Made by a program: the position numbers and the translations under genes
Origin: Veleropilina oligotropha
Taxonomy: Eukaryota
NCBI GenBank assembly: GCA_048128005.1
Contig: JBEUKZ010000065.1
Location: 124,001 to 188,000 of the forward strand
Length of the DNA stretch: 64,000 nt
Direction of reading: 5' to 3'
Part shown: positions 12,367-25,099 of the stretch, piece by piece
Layout of the letters: the number at the start of each line of letters is the position of its first letter
How positions within the stretch are numbered: the first letter of the stretch is position 1
Notes under the pieces: model-generated
Told to the model about the DNA's origin: nothing
The model's database searches: none
Seen by the model: the letters and a program-made list of their open reading frames with translations, nothing else

Positions 12367-14862
12367 AAAAGCATACAAAATTAATATTCCCAGCATGCAT
12401 ATTTAGTTACCAATAGGTAATAAAGTTTATAACGTTTGACAAATTCAAAATCGTCTTCACATCGACGTTGACGGCAACTGACGTACCATTTTCACTGACT
12501 CTGTATCGTAGATGGACATAAAATGACCGCAACTGTCCTTAATAAACAAACATGGCACTGAGCACAGAAGACTAGTTCAACCAAGATAACAACAGATATG
12601 CAAATGTAACGATATTAAACCTTGAACTGCATCACAATTTGACTACAAAGTGTAAAATGGACAAGGATGAAAATCATTAAAATATTGAGATTCACTACAA
12701 TATTGAGAGACAACTATAGTATCGACCCATCAACATCTGCTGGACTGTGGAATCATGCACATTTTGATTGCTGTCGGGGTACTTGACGCATGCAGGTGCA
12801 GGTCGAAGGGACACCAAAAATGTATGCGATCACTTCTAAAGTGCAAGAACTCCAACTTTCATTAAACCAGCATGAAATTCAAGAGGCTGCCCTCACAGTG
12901 GGCTTTATGCTGCATCTCCTTCTTTGAACGACCACGTTTCATTGGGTGATTCAGGTTCAAACCATGGCATAGCCATGAAATTAAATAAAAGCGAATTTCA
13001 CCAGATTTTTGCGACATGAATCTGGAATATTAAATATAATAAAGCCACCATTAATCCCTTGGCTGACCCGTTATTAGTGAAATCAAGTCTGTATTTTACA
13101 GACTACTGCTCAGTGTTTAGGTCCCTCAACCCGGACTCCATGTTATAGGAGTAGTCTGTTATAGACACCAAGCTATTCTAATGTAAAAGTTAATGTCCCA
13201 ATAATCAACATAACACACAACACTGTCGTGGCTATTGAATGTCGCTGATAGCCTGTCACTGGCCATAGACCACGCGGCTCCCTCTGCCATGTCACCCTCA
13301 ACGTTTCTAACATAGGCACAATTTCAAAGCTGACAATCTTCAGGTGAGCTGGGTGCACTGACTATCAAGTAACATGAGCACAACAAAACGTGGAGGGTTT
13401 TTTTAAGGAAGCCTTTTGTCCTGACACTGACATTTGAACTGCTGGGTTATTTATCATCAGTCGAATATTATCCTCAACAAAGCCAAAGGGTTATTTAAGC
13501 AAGACAAGAAAATATTCCCCAAAATGGGATCCAGCTAGTCGTGGGTTATGAGGCTAACCGAGTCCTGTTGTCCGATGATGGCTTATGTCCGGCTGTTCTT
13601 TGTGGTTGGACAGTTATGTGTTCATTGCTAAATGGTCACTAGGATTTCAAATATGTCTGTCAGACCACATTTCTCTTCAGTAATAATAGAATAACTTATC
13701 GGCTTCTATTTTGTTTCCATGTTGCGCAGATAATCTAATACTTAAAACTGAAATCTCGCTGTCACATTCGACCTAAAAATATCTTGGGCTACATGAGACA
13801 ACTCTAGTTCTACATGAATATATTATAAATGAGAATTCAATACTTGTTGAATATATTATCAAATTTTTATAAGTTATTTGCCAAAAGAACTCTATTGACA
13901 AGAATTTGGTAAAAAATCCATGAAGCTTGATAACAACAATAAATCCATGTCGCATGTCTTTGAAAAATAATTAAATCGCAACATCAATATATCAGAAATT
14001 ACATACCAATAAAATTGCTTACACAGGAACCTTTCCATGTTTACATCAATTTTTTTCCTTTGGTATAAGTAATAATTCCAGTCTATCTTTTATTGCGGTT
14101 CAACTTACTGTGACCATGTCAAATACAGAATGGCCCACTGGCCTGAGAATGGTGGTAAACATGGAACTGCCGGGTGTAGTATTTATCTAGCCTTTATCCT
14201 GGCCATTACTGTCAGAGTAGCAACCTGCACTGTTTACACTGCTGGAGATCAAAGGCTGAGCTGTTTGCCCTTCCAGTTAACCAACTATATAAACAACCCA
14301 GCTTGCCACCTGAAGTCCATCACCATTACCTCAGTCTACTAATAGTTAATTACCATGACTAATTAATTAAGCACACTAATTCAATTAACAAGGCCATTTG
14401 TCTATCACTGGGGAGATTATCCCACCATCTGTGAATCACAGTAGGATGGGGCCATCAGATTACTGTCAGGCAATAAGCAAGCGAATTAACAAAACACTAA
14501 TTAATGCATTGTGATAAAGTGACAAAGTTATTGCCAATTATGTACATTAGTGTTTATTGTATTACTTATTACACACATAATTTTGGCAATATGAAGTGTT
14601 CATTGTAGGTATTTTTTACTTACTTTTAGGACTTTTTTGAAAACAAAAATTTCATCAATCTAATCCGCACGATTATCGGCACGACAGGCTGTATTCATCC
14701 GATTTCATAGTGCGGTAATTAACTGAACACGTACTTATTGACGTAATGATTTGAATTCAGAAATGTCACCCGCTTCATTCTGGATAAAAGGAGTCAAAAT
14801 TATATTAAATAGATTAAATAGAATATGTTTGGGTTTAGAAAGCGCATTACTGCCACTCGAAT

Positions 14863-16189
14863 AAAAATAGACAGTCGCAGAGCTGTCGGGAACCCCAGCC
14901 TTATATAGCAATCGGAATGCCATATAAAATCTGTGATCTTGACTTTGCCAGTAACAGTGGTTAAATGCTGTGCTAGCTGTCCATTATGTAGAAGTTTGGA
15001 TGAAAAATAATTAAAAATTCAGAAATGAAAAAATGTCTAAATATGGGAAATGTTGTTAAATTCAATGGTCGTACACAGAAAATTATGTCGCAGAGCGCTA
15101 GGGTAGCCCACGGAAGGTTAGAATATTAAATTTCAATAAGGTAGCAATCATAGTAGCAGAGATATGGTTCGGACAAAACTTGCATCCTGTATTTTGTGTC
15201 AAAGGTCACAACGGCAAGATCAAAGGTCGCACACCGGAAATTATATCGCCATGCACTAGGGTTACAAGTTTCATCAATCTTGCATACATACAAGCTGAGA
15301 TATGTTCTGGACAAAAGCTTGATTCTATATTTGGGGAAGGTCACAACGACAAGGTCACAACGACAAGGTCAAAGGTCGCTCACGGAAAATTATGTCGCCA
15401 CGCGCAAGGGTGGGTCAAGGTAAGTTAATATACAAAAGTAAATCAAGGAGGAATATATAGTAACCGAGATATGGACCGGACAAAACTTGCATCCTGGATT
15501 TTGTGTAAAAGGTCACAAGGGCAAGGTCAAAGGTCACTCACGGAAAATTATATCGCCACGTGCTACGGTAGGTCATGGCAAGTTAGCATACCGAGTTTCA
15601 TGAAGCTGACATGCATACAAGCCGAGATATGATCCGGACAAAACCTTCATCTTATATTTTGGTTAAGGTCACAAGGGCAAGGTCAAAAGTCCCACATGGA
15701 AAATTATATCACCACACACTAGGGAAGGTCATGGTAAGTTAGCATACCAAGTTTCATCAAGCTGACATGCATACAAGCTGAGATATGTTCCGGACAAAAT
15801 ATTTATCCTATATTTGGGGAAGGTCACAATGTCAAGGTCAAAGGTCGCTCACGGAAAATTATGTCGCCACGCACAAGGATGGGTCATGGCAAGTTAATAT
15901 ACAGAAGTAAATCAAGGTGGCATATATAGTAGCCAAGATATGGACCGGACAAAACTTGCATCCTGGATTTTGTGTCAAAGGTCACAACGGCAAGGTCAAA
16001 GGTCGCACACGGAAAATGATATTGCCATGCGCTAAGGGTAGGTCATGGTAAGTTAGCACACCAAGTTTCATCAAGCTGACATACATACGAGCAGAGATAT
16101 GATCCGGACAAATCCTCCGCCCGCTCGTCCATCCGCCCGCCTCGGGCGATGACAATAACCCCAGCCTTTTTTTAGGCTGGGGTTAAAAA
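14863..16189 (+). mobile_element. HINE/pearl-like element family A, copy 1
   Basis: 5' small hairpin plus AACCCCAGC, ~155-160-bp internal tandem cores, CCGC microsatellite and terminal hairpin TAACCCCAGCCT-Tn-AGGCTGGGGTTA. Both ends are shared with 23084-24873. Confidence 0.85.
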
Positions 16190-16562
16190 CCCATTGAAAT
16201 TGTCTTGTCATCTATAACCTGCCCTGCTACTTAAAATTCTCATCTAGGCGATTTTTAAATTGGTTTACAGATGTCGATTCCACTGCATTATAATTTAGGA
16301 ATATTGAGCATTCCATTTATCGACAACCCGATTTTTTGTAAATCTTGTACTGCCTTTAGTTCATCTGAAAAAAGAAACTATTGTCAACATTGTCTTTTCC
16401 TGTAAACATTTTAAACACCTGAATCATATCACCTCTTATCCTTCACAAAAATAATGTTGTGAGGTTCAGTCAGTGCCCTTAGTCTGTCCTCATATGGTAA
16501 TTCTCTCAATTCTCCTATCAATTTTGTGGCTCTTCTTTGAACTTGTTCTAGAATCATGATAT

Positions 16563-16855
16563 CAGTGCTCTAAGTGCGACCACTTTGGTCGCGTTTGCGA
16601 CTTGATTTTAACGTTGCGACTTCACCATTTGAAGTTGAGTTTACATAGAGAGAAGGCAACTACCATTGTGCTTTCATATCACATTACCTTCCATTAATTA
16701 ATATTGCTATATACAGGATTGCGCTGTCCAAAACTATTGCTACCAAACTGCGCTCCTATATTTTAATGTGCGCTCCTAAATTTTAATCTGCGCTCCTAAA
16801 TCTTAAAACTAAGGAGCGTTGCGCTCCTGGATTGAAAAGTGAGCGTAGAGCACTG
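16563..16855. mobile_element. CAG-ended MITE (293 bp)
   Basis: TIRs CAGTGCTCTA / TAGAGCACTG, subterminal TGCGAC and TGCGCTCC repeats, 5-bp TSD GATAT (16558-16562, 16856-16860). Removing it restores the CR1 reading KDIMIL. Confidence 0.9.
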
Positions 16856-16870
16856 GATATCCTTTGCAGA

Positions 16871-17607
16871 TATGAACACCCTGCTTATGAACACCAGGCT
16901 TATGAACACCATGCTTATGAACACCCTGCTTATGAACACCATGCTTATGAACACCATGCTTATGAACACCAGGCTTATGAACACCAGGCTTATGAACACC
17001 ATGCTTATGAACACCATGCTTATGAACACCAGGCTTATGAACACCATACTTATGAACACCATGCTTATGAACACCATGCTTATGAACACCAGGCTTATGA
17101 ACACCAGGCTTATGAACACCAGGCTTATGAACACCCTGCTTATGAACACCCTGCTTATGAACACCCTGCTTATGAACACCCTGCTTATGAACACCAGGCT
17201 TATGAACACCAGGTTTATGAACACCCTGCTTATGAACACCCTGCTTATGAACACCAGGCTTATGAACACCCTGCTTATGAACACCAGGCTTATGAACACC
17301 AGGCTTATGAACACCAGGCTTATGAACACCCTGCTTATGAACACCAGGCTTATGAACACCATACTTATGAACACCATGCTTATGAACACCATGCTTATGA
17401 ACACCAGGCTTATGAACACCAGGCTTATGAACACCCTGCTTATGAACACCCTGCTTATGAACACCCTGCTTATGAACACCAGGCTTATGAACACCAGGTT
17501 TACGAACACCCTGCTTATGAACACCCTGCTTATGAACACCAGGCTTATGAACACCAGGCTTATGAACACCATGCTTATGAACACCAGGCTTATGAACACC
17601 ATGCTTA
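16871..17607. repeat. Minisatellite, 15-bp unit, ~49 copies
   Basis: Unit TATGAACACC(AT/AG/CT)GCT with a higher-order duplicated pattern of variants. Confidence 0.98.
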
Positions 17608-20600
17608 CACTGCATATTCTAAATGCGGTCTAACCATTTGGTTGTATAGACGAGTTATGGTGGCTTTAGATTTAAAATTAAAGTTTCTCTTTATCATTCC
17701 CAATATTTGATTCCCATTTTTTTCCAATTCATGTCTGAAACAGATTTATGTGCATTCCGTCAAATTGAAACGTGTTGTCAGTATTTGTTGGAATGTATCA
17801 GATACGCTGACATAAGAAGCAACAACACCATTGGTCGTTGGATGCCAACTTGACGTATCAAGTGTTGCTCGAGGGTAGTCCCTTGCTCACAGATGATGAA
17901 AACTGGGAGATATTCTGCTCAGTTCACCATATATTAGGTAGTAAGAGATTTACTTAAGATTCGCATATTGTTAAACGAAAGTACACTGCAAATACTGTAT
18001 TTTAATATCTCTGTTGCCTTATAAGTAGAATCAAACTATTAAGCTGTAAATTTATACATCCAACACATATATACCAATACTAACACAATTGTATATTGAG
18101 CTATATATCAGGGACAATGCTTAATATAAGTAAGCCGACTTGTTGCCAAATCCGGTAATTAAGATTGATGTAAATTATTGTGTATATATAGTTAATAAAA
18201 TAAATACTGTTTAAATCATTTGTGGAAAAGGTTTGAAGATTAATTAAATCGATGTATTGTAAATCGCATAATCGCCAATCCCATAGAACGTCGTGCCGAT
18301 AAGCAACACTATCTGCACGACGGTCGTGCCGATAATGCTGCTTATCGGCACGACAAATTTGGATTTGCAGCATATTATTGCAGCCGGCTTTTACAATTCA
18401 ACGGTTATTTGCCTGTTAACTCTTTGGCAGCTGAATTAGATATGGGAAAACGGTAGGAATATCATATGATGTTTGTAGATGCAATATATATGACATATCC
18501 CTGCTCACAACCCACACAAACTATATACCACATGAAAGGTAATTGAATGATCTACAAAGTAATGCGATGCCATGTATGCAATTTTACATCTTGATTTTAC
18601 ATGGTACTTCATAAATAATAATTAAAAAAATATTAAAAAAAAATTATTATATTTTTAGGTATATATATCATATTGCAAATTTACAAAGAGCAGGTGGAAC
18701 ATTATTTGGTCATAATGAATAAACTGAAATATGTGCAAAAATACTAGGGTGTAAAACAATTATTTCTATTTTTACTGTTGAATTATAAAAAACAACAATT
18801 TCAAAAAAATGTTACACTGGAATTTGACTTAGGTTCCGTAACATTTAGATTATTCAGAATATGCACATTGTGTATGCACATTTAGATTATTCAGAATATG
18901 CACATTGTGTGTGGGTGGTGGTAATGGTGGTGGTGTGTGTGGGGGTGGGGTGGGGGTGGGGTGGGGGGGGGATGCAAGCATGCCGCATTGCGTGCAAACA
19001 TGTGCATATATATTTCTCATAAAATAGTCAGTGACTAGTAAGAATATCACTAATTTAGAAGTTATAATTATTATTGCCTTGATGGAAAGGAAAAATGTCA
19101 AACTGGGGTCACACTAAATGCATTCCCATAGCAGTGACGTCATGCAAAAGAGGCATGATGATGATGCGAGTGCATCATGCAAACACAGGTATATCAGTGT
19201 CCAGTCAAATGTCACATGTAATTATCAGTTCACAATTACTAAAAACATGTATTTTATATCATAATATATTTGTCATTTTTGTGTTATCGAACATCGACAC
19301 GCCATTTACAATGTCAGCTGTTCTGATATTGAAAGTAGGTGAAGGGGCATGGCTACAAGGTGTTGTCCTTCTAAGATCCTATCATGACGTGTTGACCCAA
19401 TTCTTTGACACATGGTAGTATTGGAACAACATTATGCACAACATGACATTATTTTATAGCCTTTCACGGACATTCGTGATAAGTTCCAGCTCCCATCAGC
19501 TGATCTCCAAACATAAACAACAAATTATAGTCTCTAAACATCATAAAATATGATAGTAAACAAAGCCAATTCACGGATGTTTCTTGGTTGACACAAGTTC
19601 TATGTATTTTCGCATGTCCGGATACAGTTTACACGTCATAGGTATTAATTGTTCATTTCTGCTTATCTATATTTAGGATAGGGGTCGTTTCGACCCCTAT
19701 CCGCTACCAAAGAGTTAATGATTTACACGAGATTTCATCCTTTGCACTTACAAATAATAAATATTAACACGAACTGGGAGAGACGTACAATTTTAATTGA
19801 ATTTTATTCTGAGATAATTACACTAGATATGAAATAAAGGAGACATTCGATAATTATCGGAACAGCCATTGCAATCTTTTACTCGTAAATGCATAAATTA
19901 CGACTATTTAATAGTTGTATTTTTTATTATACAGATTATTTTTAAAAGATTTCAGTCGCACATAATCATGTGTGCGTCGGATCGTAAAACAAGCACTTGT
20001 CGTTTTAGGACAGAGATTCTCGAGCAAGTTAGGGTAAATAATGACATACGATTTTAGTTGTGTACCTATTACATTTAGTAACTGTGAAGTTTGGGATAAT
20101 ACCTATTATCACAAACGCCTTGCATACAGACACTTACACTACAAAGACTGTCAATTTAGTAGGCCTATAATCATTAATGACAATTAATTAATTGAACCGC
20201 GAATTAGCTGATTAATTCAATCCAATCATACTATTATTCTATTAGGTGATTACGAGATTCAATGTTAACACCATTTATCATATATTGTGTGGTTGAATGT
20301 TGTTTATCTTTATGGAAACATATAAGAACAAGTTACATGGATTACAATCCAGAACTAGTAAGCCCTTTAAATTTATGCAATATATTTTATAAACATGAAG
20401 GTGTAATAGATTCAAAATTCAAATGATTAAAAAAATTGACACTTGATTAGAAGATAGCTCGTCGCGCCGATTAGCTTCCCAATCGGCACGCGTGCCGATA
20501 GCCACTTCCGTAAAAAAGACCTATAAATGCTACAATACCATCATTTAGGACCATGAACAATTTATTTTACAAGAACAGAAATATAAATGTGTGCACTACC

Positions 20601-20710
20601 AAATATTATGGTGATACAATGGTCCACAGTTTCTCTTCATTTTTCAAAACATTATGAGATAAATTTTGGCAGTAAAAAGATAATACAACATAATGCCAAC
20701 AAATCAAACT

Positions 20711-21669
20711 CTACAAAGAATATTACCACTAGTGAAAACGGTCCCTACAAAGATAATTACCACTAGTGTGAACAGTCCTGACAAAGAATATTACCACTAG
20801 TGAAAACAGTCCTGACAAAGAATATTACCACTAGTGAAAACAGTCCTGACAAAGAATATTACCACTAGTGTAAACAGTCCTGACAAAGAATATTACCACT
20901 AGTGTAAACAGTCCTGACAAAGAATATTACCACTAGTGAAAACAGTCCTGACAAAGAATATTACCACTAGTGTAAACAGTCCTGACAAAGAATATTACCA
21001 CTAGTGTAAACAGTCCTGACAAAGAATATTACCACTAGTGAAAACAGTCCTGACAAAGAATATTACCACTAGTGTAAACAGTCCTGACAAAGAATATTAC
21101 CACTAGTGTAAACAGTCCTGACAAAGAATATTACCACTAGTGTAAACAGTCCTGACAAAGAATATTACCACTAGTGAAAACAGTCCTGACAAAGAATATT
21201 ACCACTAGTGTGAACGGTCCCTACAAAGAATATTACCACTAGTGTAAACAGTCCTGACAAAGAATATTACCACTAGTGAAAACAGTCCTGACAAAGAATA
21301 TTACCACTAGTGTGAACGGTCCCTACAAAGAATATTACCACTAGTGTAAACAGTCCTGACAAAGAATATTACCACTAGTGAAAACAGTCCTGACAAAGAA
21401 TATTACCACTAGTGTAAACAGTCCTGACAAAGAATATTACCACTAGTGTAAACAGTCCTGACAAAGAATATTACCACTAGTGAAAACAGTCCTGACAAAG
21501 AATATTACCACTAGTGTAAACAGTCCTGACAAAGAATATTACCACTAGTGTAAACAGTCCTGACAAAGAATATTACCACTAGTGTGAACAGTCCTGACAA
21601 AGAATATTACCACTAGTGTGAACGGTCCCTACAAAGAATATTACCACTAGTGTTAACGGTCTCCACAAA
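20711..21669. repeat. Minisatellite, 34-bp unit, ~28 copies
   Basis: Unit ACAAAGAATATTACCACTAGTGWAAACAGTCCTG. Confidence 0.98.
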
Positions 21670-21696
21670 CTCGTGGACTAGGTCATCACTTGGAAC
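21645..21696 (-). other. Candidate 52-nt exon whose donor lies in the first unit of the 34-bp array
   Basis: TGTTGTTATTCCAG|GTTCCA...ACTAGTG|GTAATA. Open only in phase 0 (VPSDDLVHEFVETVNTS); no homolog recognised. Confidence 0.2.
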
Positions 21697-21997
21697 CTGG
21701 AATAACAACATATTCTCAACCAATATTTACAAATTTCACACGTTAATTGAGGACATTTTATGAAATTATTACACTAGCATTTCAAAATAATATTACCAAA
21801 AAATATTGTTTTATTCATAATTTTCATAATGAAGAAACAAATTATAATTAAAATATCTTTTTATATCACACCCCTTTATTTGTATAGCAAATAAAATTCT
21901 ACGTCTTTTAAATCTCAATTCCAGCGCTAGTCCTTGTCCAGAATGCACTAGGCATACTGCTCACTGCACACTTCAGAAGAGGTAGCACAAACACTTG

Positions 21998-22390
21998 GAA
22001 GCTATTACATAGCATATAAACTCCTGAAGCTATTACATAGCATATAAACTCCTGAAGCTATTACATAGCATATAAACTCCTGAAGCTATTACATAGCATA
22101 TAAACTCCTGAAGCTATTACATAGCATATAAACTCCTGAAGCTATTACACAGCATATAAACTCCTGAAGCTATTACACAGCATATAAACTCCTGAAGCTA
22201 TTACATAGCATATAAACTCCTGAAGCTATTACATAGCATATAAACTCCTGAAGCTATTACATAGCATATAAACTCCTGAAGCTATTACATAGCCTATAAA
22301 CTCCTGAAGCTATTACATAGCATATAAACTCCTGAAGCTATTACATAGCATATAAACTCCTGAAGCTATTACATAGCATATAAACTCCTG
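21998..22390. repeat. Minisatellite, 28-bp unit, 14 copies
   Basis: Unit GAAGCTATTACATAGCATATAAACTCCT. Confidence 0.98.
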
Positions 22391-22495
22391 CGTAAATAAA
22401 CAAGTCACTTCAGAGATAACCGTCTTGTAAAGTTCGCAATCCACAAACAATCTACCGATCTCCTGGCAAGATACTGATTATTACTATTCACTTAA

Positions 22496-23067
22496 AGGGG
22501 CTGGTCAACCCGCAAATACGCTTTTGAACGCCAAGTAACATACCTTTTTTTGTATGTATTATTTACATAAAGTCATGCTGGTTTGCAAATTACCACATCG
22601 TAAAATAAAACTTAACATATTGCAATAAATGTTTGATATAGCGATTCTGAATAAAAGGCGCGCGTCTTTTTATTCACGGTGATCATTCACGTCGGCTTCA
22701 GGAAGTTTCGACCATATCGATATGTTTATATTTATTATGAAAACAATACATTATCTGATCATAAAGTTTCAAATAATGGCATTTACCGTATTTTAAAATT
22801 GTATGATACATATATTACTATTATTATGATATTTAAACATTAAAAATTGACCGGGGGAAACCTCCACGACTTATATTCAATGGTTTCTAATGCAACCGTT
22901 CCACCAAAAATTATGTCTATGACTGAAGCGATTATCTAGTAAATATAATACATTATGCTGCATTTTAACTTGCGAATCATCAAATGAGTAGCTGATAAAT
23001 GCACACAATATGTCATTTGTAGTTTTCTTTCGAATGTAAATTACGTAATGAAGCGGAACCAGCCCCT
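22496..23067. mobile_element. Non-autonomous TTAA-targeting TIR element (Kolobok-like termini)
   Basis: TIRs AGGGGCTGGT / ACCAGCCCCT flanked by TTAA on both sides (22492-22495, 23068-23071). Confidence 0.8.
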
Positions 23068-23083
23068 TTAACTAACCTAATAT

Positions 23084-24873
23084 AAAAAATAGACAGCCGC
23101 CCGGCTATCAGGAACCCCAGCTTTATATAGCAATCAGACTGCCATATAAAATCTGTGATCTTTACCTTGCCAGTAGCCCTTGGCTAAACACTGTGCTGAC
23201 TGTCCATCATGAAGAAGTTCAGATGAAAAAATAATTTGAAAGAAAGAAAAAATTGTATATTTAGACCTCTGTGACCTTGACCTTTGACCAAAGGCCATTA
23301 CCGGACCGGACAAAATTTAAGGGTCAAAGGTCATTGCCGCAATGTCAAAGGTCATTCACATGAAATTTCGCCACCATGGCCTAGCGTATGATAGGGTAGT
23401 TAGCATACCATATGAAATCAAGGTAACATGTTTGGTAGCCGAGATATAGACCGGACAACATTGCAAATTGCGAATATATTTTGACCTCTGTTAACTTGAC
23501 CTTTGACGAAAGGCCATTATTCGTATTTGTTATATGATGTACTAACCCTAAAGGAATAGTTTGGCCCCGAAAAATAAAAAAATTACGAAAAATTAAAAAA
23601 ATCTAAATATAGAAAATTTGTGAAGGTCACTATGCAGAGGTCAAAGGTCAAATGATCAAAATTTTACTTCCATGCACAGGTTTGAAGTATAGGCAACACA
23701 TATCAGAAAAAATGAGAAGGCTAACATGTTTGGTCTCCGAGAACCGGCCCGGACAAAATTTAAGGGTCAACGGTCATTGTCGCAAGGTCAAAGGTCATTC
23801 ACGTGAAATTTCGCCACCATGCACTAGCGTTTGACAAGGGTAGTTAGCATACCACATGAAATCAAGGTAACATGTTTGGTAGCGGAGATATAGGCCGGAC
23901 AACATTGAAAATTGTGAGTATATTTTGACCTCTGTGACCTTGACCTTTGACCAAAGGCCATTTTTCGTATTTGTTATATGATGTACTAACCCTAAAGGAA
24001 TAGTTTGGCCCCGAAAAATTAAAGAAATACGAAAAATTAAAAAAATCTAAATATAGAAAATTTGTGAAGGTCACTACGCAGAGGTCAAAGGTCAAATGAT
24101 CAAAATTTTACTGCCATGCACAGGTTGTAAGTATAGGCAACACATCTAAAAAAAAATTAGAAGGCTAACATGTTTGGTCTCCGAGAACCGGCCCGGACAA
24201 AATTTAAGGGTCCAAGGTCATTGCCGCAAGGTCAAAGGTTATTCACGTGAAATTTCGCCACCATGCACTAGCGTATGACAAGGGTAGTTAGCATACCACA
24301 TGAAATCAAGGTAACATGTTTGGTAGCCGAGATATAGGCCGGACAACATTGAAAATTGTGAGTATATTTTGACCTCTGTGACCTTGACCTTTGACGAAAG
24401 GCCATTTTTCGTATTTGTTATATGATGTACTAACCCTAAAGGAATAGTTTGGCCCGGAAAAATGTAAAAAATACGAAAAATTAAAAAAATCTAAATATAG
24501 AAAATTTGTGAAGGTCACTACGCAGAGGTCAAAGGTCAAATGATCAAAATTTTACTGCCATGCACAGGTTTTATGTATAGGCAACACATCTAAAAAAAAA
24601 TTAGAAGGCTAACTTGTTTGGTCTCCGAGAACCGGCCCGGACAAAATTTAAGGGTCCAAGGTCATTGCCGCAAGGTCAAAGGTCATTCACGTGAAATTTC
24701 GCCACCATGCACTAGCGTATGATAAGGGTAGTTAGCATACCATATGAAATCAAGGTAACATGTTTGGTAGCCGAGATATAGGCCGGACAACATGAGCCGC
24801 CCGACCGCCCGACCGCCCGCCCGCCTCGGGCGATGACAATAACCCCAGCTTTTTTTTAAGCTGGGGTTAAAAA
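23084..24873 (+). mobile_element. HINE/pearl-like element family A, copy 2
   Basis: Same ~150-bp 5' end and same 3' end (CCGCCTCGGGCGATGACAATAACCCCAGC hairpin) as 14863-16189. Internal 444-bp tandem unit, ~3.4 copies. Confidence 0.85.
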
Positions 24874-25017
24874 TACTAGTAACAGTATTCTAATAACTCC
24901 AATAATTGTAACAATATGTCATTACAACAATTAGAATTAAAACAGTACATACAGAGTTCAGAAAAGGCACTTGGCCTCCTTCCATTTAGCTTCATCAGGC
25001 AGTTGAGTGAGTGGACA

Positions 25018-25099
25018 CGAACCTGGGGCTGTTAGGGCGAACCTGGGGCTGTTAGGGCGAACCTGGGGCAGTTAGGGCGAACCTGAGGCTGTTAGGGCG
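25018..25099. repeat. Minisatellite, 20-bp unit, 4 copies
   Basis: Unit CGAACCTGGGGCTGTTAGGG. Confidence 0.95.

Larger units (their letters stand above)
16200..17707 (-). mobile_element. CR1-type LINE ORF2 3' fragment (decayed), interrupted by a MITE and a 15-bp array
   Basis: Minus-strand translation gives ILGMIKRNFNFKSKATITRLYNQMVRPHLEYAV*AW, then YLQKDIMILEQVQRRATKLIGELRELPYEDRLRAL and IRGDMIQVFKMFTG. These match the conserved post-RT motifs of CR1 ORF2 (VRPHLEYA.Q.W.P; LE.VQRRATK; RGDMI.V.K). Confidence 0.9.

Noticed and set aside
13087..13167. Hairpin ACAGACTACT...AGTAGTCTGT as a possible pre-miRNA
   Set aside because: Only ~10 contiguous pairs around a ~42-nt poorly paired loop; no known mature miRNA recognised.
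16796..17710. Four overlapping 260-290 aa ORFs (YEHQA, GVHK, VFIS and MNT repeats)
   Set aside because: Artefact of a 15-bp unit with no stops in several frames; the array derives from a dead CR1 fragment.
25018..25099. TTAGGG in each unit as a telomeric relic
   Set aside because: One hexamer per 20-bp unit, not tandem telomere repeats.
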